From an uncultured Alphaproteobacteria bacterium (GTDB lineage Bacteria; Pseudomonadota; Alphaproteobacteria; Rhodobacterales; Rhodobacteraceae): a stretch of DNA of 64,000 nucleotides. The translations under genes and the position numbers were made by a program. The notes beneath the pieces were generated by a model that was not told the origin of the DNA, did not search any database, and saw nothing but the letters and a program-made list of their open reading frames with translations. The DNA lies in NCBI GenBank assembly GCA_963728645.1, contig CAVSLU010000019.1:15902-79901 (forward strand). The letters run 5' to 3'. Shown here piece by piece: positions 55,266 through 64,000 of the stretch (positions are counted from its first letter, which is position 1; every line of letters begins with the position of its first letter).

Positions 55266-55643
55266 ATGCAGATTTTGCAAATGCGACCGGCCGAACAGGT
55301 GTGCGTCGATCGGGAACGGCTGGGCGCGCTTTATGCGCAACTTGGCGAAGCGGGCGCAGAAGACATCGTATGTCGCGCGTTGGAGGAGTTGGCTTTGCGC
55401 ATGTCCCAATGCGACAGGCTTTATCGTGCGGCCAGCTGGGCCGATTTGCGCAAGAACAGCCGGTCGTTGATCGCGATTGCCGATCAGGTGGGGCTGCGTA
55501 AACTTGCGTCGGTCGCGCGCGACGTTATGTGCGCCATCGATCAGACCGACGATGTGGCCGTGGCCGCCACCCTGACCCGCCTGATCCGCATCGGCGAGCG
55601 GTCACTCACAGCAATCTGGGATACGCAGGATCTGTCGATCTGA
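55266..55643 (+). CDS. Hypothetical protein with Hpt-like helical pattern
   Basis: 125 aa, helical; LRKNSRSLIAIADQVGL resembles the Hpt core but has no His. Confidence 0.65.
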   Translation: MQILQMRPAEQVCVDRERLGALYAQLGEAGAEDIVCRALEELALRMSQCDRLYRAASWADLRKNSRSLIAIADQVGLRKLASVARDVMCAIDQTDDVAVAATLTRLIRIGERSLTAIWDTQDLSI

Positions 55644-55712
55644 CCGGCTTGCAGTGGCGCAGGATAGGTCTAAGTTGCGGGACGCATATCCTCGTCGAAA
55701 AGGTCCTAAAAA

Positions 55713-57095
55713 ATGTCCGCCAGTTTTGCCGATCCATCTGCCGCAGAGATCCCGTTACATGTGATCGCCGAAGATCAGCTTCAGGACTGGCTGGAGGGGC
55801 GGCCCAAGAAGGTCAGGGCTTGGGTCACGTCAAACGGGTTTACGGGGGCCTTGGGTCAGGTGCTTGCGTTCCCGGATGACGATGGCGCGGTTGCGATGGC
55901 TCTGGCCGGCTATGGCACCGACACCAGCCGCCTGAGGGGCCGCTTTCATCTGGCAGGCGCGGCCGCAAAGCTGCCCGAAGGGGCCTACCGGATTGAACAG
56001 GGTCTGCCCGCTGACCAGATGGTACTGGAAGCTTTGGGTTGGCTGCTTGCGTCTTACCGGTTCGACAGATACGCCAAACAGCCGCCTTTGAAGGCGCAGC
56101 TTTGCGCGCCGGACAGCATTGACCGTGACAGGCTGCTTGCCGTGGCCAACGGCGAGATGCTGACCCGCGATCTGATCAACACGCCCGCCTCTGACATGGG
56201 GCCGCCCGATCTTGAGAACGCGGCCCGCAGCCTGGCCGAACAACACGGCGCGGACATAACCGTGATCACAGGCGATGATCTTTTGTCGCAAAATTTTCCC
56301 ATGATCCATGCCGTCGGTCGGGCAGCCGATCGCGCACCGCGTCTGATCGATTTGAAATGGGGCAAGACCGGCAGAAAACTGACGCTTGTCGGCAAGGGTG
56401 TGTGTTTTGACACCGGCGGGCTGAACCTGAAACCCGGCGCTTCTATGGGCCTAATGAAAAAGGACATGGGCGGGGCCGCCGCCGTGCTGGGTCTGGCCCA
56501 CATGATCATGGCCACGGGGATGGATGTGCAGCTTCGCGTGCTGATTCCTGCGGTCGAAAACTCTGTCTCGGGCAATTCATTCCGCCCGCAGGACATTCTG
56601 ACATCGCGCAAGGGGCTTACGGTCGAGATCAACAATACCGACGCCGAAGGGCGTCTGGTGCTGGCCGACGCGCTGGCGCTTGCCGATGAAGACACGCCCG
56701 ACCAGATCATTTCGATGGCGACCCTGACGGGGGCTGCGCGGGTGGCCGTCGGTCCGGATCTGGCACCTTATTTCAGTGACGATCCCACATTTGTCGCCAC
56801 TTTGGAGGCTGCTGCACATATGCATGCAGACCCGGTATGGCGGCTGCCGTTTCATGCCCCCTATGAAACGATGATCGAACCCGGCATCGCTGATCTGGAC
56901 AACGCCCCCTCGGGGGGATTTGCAGGCTGCATCACGGCGGCGCTGTTCCTGCGGCGTTTTGTGACCAACAGCCCCTATGCGCATTTTGACATTTACGGCT
57001 GGCAACCAGCCGCAGCCCCTGCGCGCCCCAAAGGCGGCGTCGGTCAAGCCACGCGCGCGCTGTTTGAAACCTTGGCAACCATGGCCTCAAAATGA
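55713..57095 (+). CDS. M17 leucyl aminopeptidase family protein
   Basis: VGKGVCFDTGG, MKKDMGGAA, NTDAEGRL, ATLTGA. Confidence 0.93.
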   Translation: MSASFADPSAAEIPLHVIAEDQLQDWLEGRPKKVRAWVTSNGFTGALGQVLAFPDDDGAVAMALAGYGTDTSRLRGRFHLAGAAAKLPEGAYRIEQGLPADQMVLEALGWLLASYRFDRYAKQPPLKAQLCAPDSIDRDRLLAVANGEMLTRDLINTPASDMGPPDLENAARSLAEQHGADITVITGDDLLSQNFPMIHAVGRAADRAPRLIDLKWGKTGRKLTLVGKGVCFDTGGLNLKPGASMGLMKKDMGGAAAVLGLAHMIMATGMDVQLRVLIPAVENSVSGNSFRPQDILTSRKGLTVEINNTDAEGRLVLADALALADEDTPDQIISMATLTGAARVAVGPDLAPYFSDDPTFVATLEAAAHMHADPVWRLPFHAPYETMIEPGIADLDNAPSGGFAGCITAALFLRRFVTNSPYAHFDIYGWQPAAAPARPKGGVGQATRALFETLATMASK

Positions 57096-57904
57096 CCGAC
57101 CCTCGCCTCACGCCCGACCCGACCAAGGTCATGATGCAGGACACCGGCCAAATCACGCAGCCGGTCGCTGATCTGTGCCGCGGTCCGAACGGCCCACGCG
57201 ACCGGCAACTGATCTATGGCGATGCTGTCTCTGTTCTGGCGCAAACGGATGGCTGGTCTTATGTGCAATCCAACAAGGACAGATATTGCGGCTATGTCGT
57301 GACATCCGCGCTTGGCCCTGTTGTTCCACCCACCCATCGTGTGACGGCCCCGGCAACCCATGCATATGCTGAACCCGACATCAAATCCCGTGACCTGGCG
57401 TCCCTTACCTTTGGCAGCGCCGTGACTGTGGGTGCCGCCGATGCGGGGTTTGCACAGACGCCGCTGGGATACATCCCGCAAAAGCACCTGGCACCGATCG
57501 ACACCCTTTCGACCGATCCCGCAGAAATTGCGCTGCTCTTTGTTGGAACGCCCTATCTTTGGGGGGGGAACAGCCGCTGGGGGATCGATTGCTCGGGGCT
57601 GGTTCAGGCTGCTCTGCGTGCCTGTGGCATCGCTTGCCCGGCGGACAGCGATCAGCAGCAACGCATGCTGGGCGAAGCGATTCCGGAAAATACAGCTCTC
57701 GCCCGCAACGATCTGCTGTTCTGGAAGGGCCACGTCTCTCTTGTTCTTGAACCTGACCTGATGATCCACGCAAATGCCCACAATATGGCCGTCACGCTCG
57801 AGCCCATCGGAGACGCCCTCCAGCGCATCGCCAAAACAGACGGCCCGGTCACAGCGCGCAAACGTTTAAACCTTTCCAAATGGTCTGAAATCCGTACCCG
57901 GTAA
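57092..57904 (+). CDS. NlpC/P60 (C40) peptidase with SH3-like N-terminus
   Basis: GTPYLWGG, DCSGLVQ, FWKGHV, IHAN. Confidence 0.9.
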   Translation: MTDPRLTPDPTKVMMQDTGQITQPVADLCRGPNGPRDRQLIYGDAVSVLAQTDGWSYVQSNKDRYCGYVVTSALGPVVPPTHRVTAPATHAYAEPDIKSRDLASLTFGSAVTVGAADAGFAQTPLGYIPQKHLAPIDTLSTDPAEIALLFVGTPYLWGGNSRWGIDCSGLVQAALRACGIACPADSDQQQRMLGEAIPENTALARNDLLFWKGHVSLVLEPDLMIHANAHNMAVTLEPIGDALQRIAKTDGPVTARKRLNLSKWSEIRTR

Positions 57905-57920
57905 CAGCCGGAAACCACGC

Positions 57921-58271
57921 CTAGTCGTCAACCGCACGGATCAGTTTACGCTCTAGCACACGCAAAACGGCACGCAGATCCTGGCCCCGGCGCAGCACCT
58001 GCCCGCCAGGGCCAATCACCGCATACATTCCTTGTTTCAAGCGCAGTTTCGGGCGCTTTTCGATCCGGTACAGCGGCATCTCGGCGGTGCGGCGGAACAC
58101 CGAAAACACGGCTACCTCGCGCAGGCATGAAATCCCGTAATCACGCCATTCGCCCGCCGCGACCATCCGCCCGTACAGCGACAGGATCGGTCCCAGCTCG
58201 GTCCTATGAAAAGAGACTTGTTCGGGGGCACGCTCAACAGGCCCGGCGGAGGAATGAATATGAAACGTCAT
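57921..58271 (-). CDS. DUF2794 family protein
   Basis: FHRTELGPILSLYGRMVAAGEWRDY, PLYRIEKRPKL. Confidence 0.85.
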   Translation of the reverse strand: MTFHIHSSAGPVERAPEQVSFHRTELGPILSLYGRMVAAGEWRDYGISCLREVAVFSVFRRTAEMPLYRIEKRPKLRLKQGMYAVIGPGGQVLRRGQDLRAVLRVLERKLIRAVDD

Positions 58272-58388
58272 CCTTTGACAGTTGCGCCGTTCGCAGGTCA
58301 AATCAAGACCTGAGGGGCATCAAATATCTTGAAAGCGTTACAGCTTACGTGCAAGGGATTGGATTATGAAACATAAGGGCCTGGCAAA

Positions 58389-58826
58389 ATGACACCGCAA
58401 GAGTGCGCTGAAAAATCTGCGGCGGCCATGTGGGCGACCGATATGGCCAGCCAGAACCTGGGGATGCGGATTGACGCTGTCGCCCCCGGTTCTGCAACCC
58501 TGACGATGAAGGTGACCGATAAGATGTTGAATGGCCACGGAATTTGCCACGGCGGCTATATCTTCACATTGGCGGACAGTGCTTTCGCATTTGCGTGCAA
58601 TACCTACAACCAACTGGTTGTCGCCCAGCAGAACCAGATCACATTTATGGCCCCCGGCAAGGCCAGGGAACGGCTGACCGCCACTGCCAAGGAACAATCG
58701 AAGGCCGGGCGCTCGGGCGTCTATGACGTCACGGTCACAGGCGAGGATGGCCGCACAATCGCCCTTTTTCGCGGACTGTCCCGCACCATCAAAGGCCAGC
58801 ATTTCGAGGAGGAAACGCCCCAATGA
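58389..58826 (+). CDS. paaI: Hydroxyphenylacetyl-CoA thioesterase PaaI
   Basis: NGHGICHGGYIFTLADSAFAFACN; translationally coupled to paaK. Confidence 0.92.
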   Translation: MTPQECAEKSAAAMWATDMASQNLGMRIDAVAPGSATLTMKVTDKMLNGHGICHGGYIFTLADSAFAFACNTYNQLVVAQQNQITFMAPGKARERLTATAKEQSKAGRSGVYDVTVTGEDGRTIALFRGLSRTIKGQHFEEETPQ

Positions 58827-60133
58827 AAGATCTAACCCCTGCCCGCGAAAGCCTTGATCCGATAGAGATCGCCAGCCGGGACGAGATCAGCGCGCTGCAA
58901 CTTGACCGTCTGAAATGGTCCCTGCGGCACGCCTATGACAACGTCCCTTTCTATCGCAAAAGCTTCGATGATGCCGGGGTGCACCCCGATGATCTGCACG
59001 ACCTTGGCGATCTGGCCAAGTTTCCCTTCACCGTCAAAACCGACCTGCGCGACAATTATCCTTTTGGGATGTTCGCCGTCCCACGCGACCAGATTGCCCG
59101 CATCCACGCGTCATCGGGCACCACGGGGCAGCCCACCGTCGTCGGCTATACCAAGACCGACCTCGATCACTGGGGCACCGTCGTGGCGCGGTCCCTGCGC
59201 GCGGCCGGGCTGAAATCCGGCGACATGTTGCACAATGCCTACGGCTATGGCTTGTTCACGGGCGGCCTGGGGATCCATCTGGGTGCAGACAAACTCGGGG
59301 TTAGCACAGTTCCGATTTCCGGGGGAATGACCCCGCGCCAGGTCCGCCTGATCGAAGATTTCAAGCCTAACGGCATCACCGTAACGCCCTCCTATGCGTT
59401 GTCGATCCTTGATGAATATGCACGCCAGGGCATTGATCCGCGACAGTCCTCGCTTGATGTCGGCATCTTCGGGGCCGAACCCTGGACCAACGCGATGCGA
59501 CTTGAAATCGAACAGTCCTTCGACATGCACGCCGTTGATATCTATGGACTGTCCGAGATCATGGGCCCCGGCGTCTCGTGTGAATGTGTGGAAACCAAAG
59601 ATGGCCTGCACATTTGGGAGGATCATTTCTATCCCGAAGTCATCAACCCCGAAACCGGCCAGCCCGTCGCGGATGGCGAAAAAGGCGAGCTGGTTTTTAC
59701 CTCGCTCACCAAAGAGGCGTTTCCGATCATCCGCTACCGCACGCGCGATCTGACACGGTTGCTGGCAGGGTCCGCGCGCACCATGCGCCGGATGGAAAAG
59801 GTGACAGGGCGCAGCGACGACATGATCATTTTGCGCGGTGTCAATGTGTTTCCAACCCAGATCGAAGAAGCGCTGATGATGATCCCCGGACTTGCGCCGC
59901 ACTTCCAGATCGAACTGACCAAGCCCGACCGCATGGATCAAATGCGCGTGCTGTGTGAGTGCGCAGATGCGACCGTCAGCAGCGATGCCCGCGCCAAAGC
60001 GGCCGCTGCACTTGCTGCACAGATTAAACAAACCGTTGGTATCACGGTTAAAATCGACGTTCACGATGTGGGCACCGTCGCCCGCTCCGAAGGCAAGGCC
60101 GTGCGCATCATCGACAACCGACCCAAGTCGTAG
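58823..60133 (+). CDS. paaK: Phenylacetate--CoA ligase
   Basis: HASSGTTGQPT, YGYGLFTGGLG, DIYGLSE, GRSDDMIILRGVNVFP. Confidence 0.95.
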   Translation: MKDLTPARESLDPIEIASRDEISALQLDRLKWSLRHAYDNVPFYRKSFDDAGVHPDDLHDLGDLAKFPFTVKTDLRDNYPFGMFAVPRDQIARIHASSGTTGQPTVVGYTKTDLDHWGTVVARSLRAAGLKSGDMLHNAYGYGLFTGGLGIHLGADKLGVSTVPISGGMTPRQVRLIEDFKPNGITVTPSYALSILDEYARQGIDPRQSSLDVGIFGAEPWTNAMRLEIEQSFDMHAVDIYGLSEIMGPGVSCECVETKDGLHIWEDHFYPEVINPETGQPVADGEKGELVFTSLTKEAFPIIRYRTRDLTRLLAGSARTMRRMEKVTGRSDDMIILRGVNVFPTQIEEALMMIPGLAPHFQIELTKPDRMDQMRVLCECADATVSSDARAKAAAALAAQIKQTVGITVKIDVHDVGTVARSEGKAVRIIDNRPKS

Positions 60134-60248
60134 ACGCCCCAGAGAGGCATCACATCTCGACCGGGTTTCCCACAACGCGGTCGATTTCCCTTTCCAGACG
60201 AATACCAAAAGGATCACGCCAAAATCCAGCTTGCCCCCCCATTCGGGC

Positions 60249-60271
60249 TAGATTAGAACTATTCTAATCTA
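60249..60271. promoter_or_regulatory. Iron control element (Irr box) upstream of mbfA
   Basis: Perfect 10-3-10 palindrome TAGATTAGAA-CTA-TTCTAATCTA matching the ICE consensus TTTAGAA-N3-TTCTAAA, 14 nt before the ATG. Confidence 0.85.
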
Positions 60272-60285
60272 TTCAAAGGTGCCCT

Positions 60286-61260
60286 ATGCTGTTTTCACCC
60301 AACCGCAAACGTTTCAAAGATCTGACTGAACAGGAAATTATCGCGCTGGCCATTTCCTCCGAGGAAGACGACGCACGTATTTATCGCGGATACGCCGAAA
60401 ACCTGCGCGCCGAATACCCCGACAGCGCCAAGATCTTCGATGGCATGGCAGCCGAAGAAGACACGCACCGCAAACGCCTGATCGACCTGCACAGTGCCCG
60501 CTTCGGCTCCGTGATCCCGCTGATCCGCCGCGAACACGTGTCGGGCTATTACGCCCGCACGCCCGTCTGGCTGGTGGCCAATCTTGGTCTTGAACGCATC
60601 CGAAGTGAAGCGGCGGCAATGGAACACGCGGCCGAACAGTTCTATCTGCACGCTGCCACCCGCACCACCGATGCGGCCACCCGCAAACTGCTGGGCGATC
60701 TGGCCGCCGCAGAAGCGGGGCACCAGCGCAAGGCCGATGATCTGGTCGCCGAACATCTCGATAGCGAAACGATCATTCGGGAAGATACCGAAGCCCACCG
60801 CCAATTCGTGCTCACATGGGTGCAACCGGGCCTGGCGGGGTTGATGGATGGGTCTGTCTCTACGCTCGCCCCCATATTCGCAACCGCCTTTGCGACCCAA
60901 GACACCTGGACCACCTTTCTGGTGGGCCTCGCGGCCTCCGTCGGTGCAGGCATTTCCATGGGCTTTACCGAAGCAGCCTCGGATGATGGTGAACTTTCGG
61001 GCCGCGGCTCCCCTCTCAAGCGCGGGCTGGCGGCAGGGGTGATGACAACGCTTGGGGGTCTTGGCCATGCTCTGCCCTATCTGATCAACGATTTCTGGAC
61101 CGCGACCACAATCGCCTTTGTCGTGGTCTTTATTGAACTTTGGGCTATCGCGTGGATTCAAAACCGCTATATGAATACGCCCTTTTTTCGGGCGGCTTTT
61201 CAGGTCGTCCTGGGGGGGGCGCTTGTCTTTGCGGTGGGCGTGCTGATCGGGTCGGGCTAA
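60286..61260 (+). CDS. mbfA: Iron exporter MbfA (ferritin/rubrerythrin-like plus VIT1 domain)
   Basis: [18 protein letters not shown] di-iron motifs; [20 protein letters not shown]1 domain. Confidence 0.93.
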   Translation: MLFSPNRKRFKDLTEQEIIALAISSEEDDARIYRGYAENLRAEYPDSAKIFDGMAAEEDTHRKRLIDLHSARFGSVIPLIRREHVSGYYARTPVWLVANLGLERIRSEAAAMEHAAEQFYLHAATRTTDAATRKLLGDLAAAEAGHQRKADDLVAEHLDSETIIREDTEAHRQFVLTWVQPGLAGLMDGSVSTLAPIFATAFATQDTWTTFLVGLAASVGAGISMGFTEAASDDGELSGRGSPLKRGLAAGVMTTLGGLGHALPYLINDFWTATTIAFVVVFIELWAIAWIQNRYMNTPFFRAAFQVVLGGALVFAVGVLIGSG

Positions 61261-61341
61261 AAAACCACATCCTGTCGCGTTTGCATCAGCGGGCGCGCCG
61301 CCCCGTTGCACACGGCACCGTTGCCCGTTACCACGTTTTTC

Positions 61342-62271
61342 ATGCTGGCGATCTTCCTCAAAACACTGCCGTTTTTCGCACTGATCGGTCTGGGATACTG
61401 GGCCGGGCGGACGCGTTTCTTTACAGGCGAAGCCACGGCATATCTGACCAAATTCGTCTTCTACTTCGCGCTTTCGGCCATGCTCTTCCACTTCTCCGCC
61501 AACCTGTCGCTGGCCGACGTCTGGGATGGCCGTCTGGTGGCAGCCTATCTTTGGGGCACAACCTTCGTCTATGGGGTCGCGACCTTTGTCGGGTTCCTGC
61601 GCAACCTTGACGTCGCCAGCAACGCAATGGAGGCGCAATGCGCGGTCATCGGCAATACCGGCTTTCTCGGCGTGCCGATGCTGACACTTCTCCTCGGCCC
61701 CGAAGCGATCGGCCCCGTCGTCTTGGTACTTGCCGTGGATCTGATCGTCTTTTCCAGCCTGATCGTGATCCTGATCACCGGCAGCCGCGATGGCCAGATG
61801 AGCCTGCGGGTGCTGCGAACAATCGGCATGGGACTGCTGAAAAACCCGATGATCGTCGCCATGACACTGGGCTTTATCTGGTCGGGCATGCGCATCCCGA
61901 TCCCCGCCCCGATGAACGATTTCTTAACGATCCTCGGCGGCGCGGCCACCCCCGGCGCGCTGTTCGCCATTGGGGCATCGCTCGCGTCAAAATCAGCGGA
62001 AAAGCTTCAGGTCGCGGGCTGGCTCAGCTTTTGCAAACTGATCCTACACCCCGCCTTCGTCGCCTTTGCGGCGATCCTCCTCTTCAATGTCGACCCTTAC
62101 AAAGCAGGCGTGATCATCTCTGCCGCCGCCCTGCCTGTCGCAGGCAACGTCTACATGCTCGCGCAACACTACAACATCGGGCCGCAAAGGGTGTCCGCAG
62201 CCATCCTTGTGTCAACGGCGCTCAGTATCCTTACCGTCAGCCTCATCATCGGATGGGTAACAACCATCTGA
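61342..62271 (+). CDS. AEC-family transporter
   Basis: GNTGFLGVP, KNPMI, GALFAIG, AALPVAGNVY. Confidence 0.88.
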   Translation: MLAIFLKTLPFFALIGLGYWAGRTRFFTGEATAYLTKFVFYFALSAMLFHFSANLSLADVWDGRLVAAYLWGTTFVYGVATFVGFLRNLDVASNAMEAQCAVIGNTGFLGVPMLTLLLGPEAIGPVVLVLAVDLIVFSSLIVILITGSRDGQMSLRVLRTIGMGLLKNPMIVAMTLGFIWSGMRIPIPAPMNDFLTILGGAATPGALFAIGASLASKSAEKLQVAGWLSFCKLILHPAFVAFAAILLFNVDPYKAGVIISAAALPVAGNVYMLAQHYNIGPQRVSAAILVSTALSILTVSLIIGWVTTI

Positions 62272-62305
62272 TCTTCACCCTTTTTGAAATACTCCTCGCG
62301 GAGCG
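62272..62305 (+). repeat. Intergenic repeat (family B, short form) directly after a stop codon
   Basis: TCTTCACCCTTTTTGAAATACTCCTCGCGGAGCG; similar to 48712-48745. Confidence 0.45.
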
Positions 62306-62373
62306 TCCAACACTTGCCGCGCCCGCCCTGGCCCGATAGCCATGACGCAACGCAGCCCTAAAGGAGCCTCAAG

Positions 62374-63207
62374 ATGAAAACTCTGTCCGAAAATGCCAGT
62401 TTCCGCGGCACTCAAGGCGTCTATTCCCACCCCTCCACCACCTGCAACTGCGACATGACGTTTGCGCTTTTCCTCCCCGAAGAGGCAAGGCAAGGGCCGG
62501 TACCCCTGCTTTGGTTTCTTTCCGGTCTGACCTGCACCCATGAAAACGCCATGACCAAAGCCGGCGCGCAATCGTGGGCCGCCGAACATGGAATCGCGGT
62601 GGTATTCCCCGATACGTCGCCGCGCGGCGACGAGGTAGCAGATGATGACGCCTATGATCTGGGCAAAGGGGCCGGTTTTTACGTCGATGCCACCCAAGAC
62701 CCGTGGAAACCGCACTTCCAGATGTGGAGCTATATTGCCGACGAACTGCCAGCACTTCTGGCTGAAAACTTTGCCCTCGATATGGAGCGTCAATCGATCT
62801 GCGGGCACTCGATGGGCGGACACGGCGCGCTGACCCTGGCGATGAACCTGAAGGAACGCTTCAAATCCGTCTCGGCCTTTGCGCCGATAGCCAACCCCGC
62901 TGAAAGTGACTGGGGCCGCAAACAGCTTGCTGCCTATCTTGGCACCGACGAAACCACATGGGAAAAGCACGACGCGACACGCCTGATGGCCGCAAGGGGC
63001 TTTGACGGTCCGGTTTTGATCGACCAGGGAACAGACGATCAGTTCCTTGACCTTCTCAAACCCGAAGCCTTGGCGGCAGCGATCGCGAAACGCCGTCAGA
63101 ATGCGATATTCCGGATGCAACCCGGCTATGATCACAGCTATTTCTTCATCTCGACCTTCATGGAAGACCACATCGCCTTCCACGCTGACGCGCTTTACGC
63201 AGATTGA
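62374..63207 (+). CDS. fghA: S-formylglutathione hydrolase
   Basis: [35 protein letters not shown]. Confidence 0.94.
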   Translation: MKTLSENASFRGTQGVYSHPSTTCNCDMTFALFLPEEARQGPVPLLWFLSGLTCTHENAMTKAGAQSWAAEHGIAVVFPDTSPRGDEVADDDAYDLGKGAGFYVDATQDPWKPHFQMWSYIADELPALLAENFALDMERQSICGHSMGGHGALTLAMNLKERFKSVSAFAPIANPAESDWGRKQLAAYLGTDETTWEKHDATRLMAARGFDGPVLIDQGTDDQFLDLLKPEALAAAIAKRRQNAIFRMQPGYDHSYFFISTFMEDHIAFHADALYAD

Positions 63208-63217
63208 TTTGCCCCGC

Positions 63218-63667
63218 ATGACAGCCCTCTACATCGACGCAGATGCCTGCCCCGTGAAAGCCGAGGCAGAACGCGTCGCGACGCGTCACAAGATCCGCAT
63301 GTATGTCGTCTCCAACGGCGGGCTGCGGCCTTCGCAAAACCCGTTGGTGGAAACGGTCATCGTACCCGACGGTCCGGATGTTGCCGATATTTGGATCGCT
63401 GACAGATGCGGCCCTGGCGACGTGGTTGTCACGGGCGATATTCCCCTTGCCGCACGCTGCGTTGAGGCTGGCGCGCGGGTTCTGAAACACAACGGAGAGG
63501 CGCTGACCACGGCCAACATCGGCAATGTGCTGGCCACCCGTGATCTGATGACCGATCTGCGCGCCGCCGATCCGTTTCGCCAAGGCGGCGGCAAAAGCTT
63601 TACAAAGACAGACCGCTCGCGTTTTCTGGAAGCACTTGAACGCGAGTTGCGCGCCGCGCAGCAGTAG
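63218..63667 (+). CDS. YaiI/YqxD (UPF0178) family protein
   Basis: [26 protein letters not shown]. Confidence 0.9.
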   Translation: MTALYIDADACPVKAEAERVATRHKIRMYVVSNGGLRPSQNPLVETVIVPDGPDVADIWIADRCGPGDVVVTGDIPLAARCVEAGARVLKHNGEALTTANIGNVLATRDLMTDLRAADPFRQGGGKSFTKTDRSRFLEALERELRAAQQ

Positions 63668-63674
63668 AACGACA

Positions 63675-63718
63675 CGTTTTCTTTCAAAGAAAACGGACCG
63701 GAATTTTTAAAATTCCGG
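63675..63718 (+). repeat. Double-palindrome intergenic repeat (family A), copy 2
   Basis: CGTTTTCTTTCAAAGAAAACG-GA-CCGGAATTTTTAAAATTCCGG. Confidence 0.85.
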
Positions 63719-63740
63719 TACCAACACAAAGGGCAGTTTC

Positions 63741-64000
63741 ATGAAACCCAAAGCTGTGGTTTTCGACATTGGCAACGTTTTGATTGAATGGCAGCCCGAG
63801 CGCTTTTTCGACGCCGTGATCGGGGAAAACAAGCGCCGCGCTATGTTTTCCTCGGTGGACCTGCATGCGATGAATGACCGCGTCGACATGGGCGAGGATT
63901 TCACCGACACAATTTATGCCACCGCCAGGGCGACCCCGGACTGGCACGATGAAATCCGGCTATGGCATGACCGCTGGATCGAAATGGCATCGCCCGTCAT
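63741..64000 (+). CDS. HAD-family phosphatase, N-terminal part (runs off the right edge)
   Basis: Manual translation MKPKAVVFDIGNVLIEWQP contains HAD motif I. Confidence 0.85.
   Translation, partial: MKPKAVVFDIGNVLIEWQPERFFDAVIGENKRRAMFSSVDLHAMNDRVDMGEDFTDTIYATARATPDWHDEIRLWHDRWIEMASPV

Noticed and set aside
60295-61638. 447-aa ORF antisense to mbfA and the AEC gene (likewise 51315..52610, 59111..60217, 28158..29213)
   Set aside because: Antisense shadows of well-supported genes, expected from GC-rich codon usage.

Overview
High-GC alphaproteobacterial chromosome segment. Gene content and order point to Rhodobacteraceae, Roseobacter group (inference). It is almost all core genome: ftsK-lolA, ubiH/L-like, ybbN, xth, an OmpR-family regulator (probably cenR), ribA, yggS, the major porin, leuS-lptE-holA, pmbA, waaA-like-lpxK, dsbA, mutY, alkB, ccrM, rnhB, asd, paaI-paaK, mbfA and fghA. 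I found no tRNA, rRNA, CRISPR array, transposase, integrase or prophage. Single-base indels in several essential genes and a badly garbled porin body indicate an imperfectly polished assembly rather than true pseudogenes. The most interesting signals are non-coding. (1) The 3'-UTR sRNA of the OmpR/CenR gene (SorX-like) has a 5' hairpin domain complementary at 25 of 27 nt to the Shine-Dalgarno plus AUG region of the porin gene 4.2 kb away, with the anti-AUG seed in the hairpin loop. This suggests a MicF-like porin-silencing circuit. (2) A ~155-nt multi-stem element with mutually exclusive pairings lies upstream of a homocysteine S-methyltransferase and is a candidate orphan riboswitch. (3) Two families of short intergenic repeats occur. 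Start codons were adjusted from the ORF track where a downstream ATG is more plausible.
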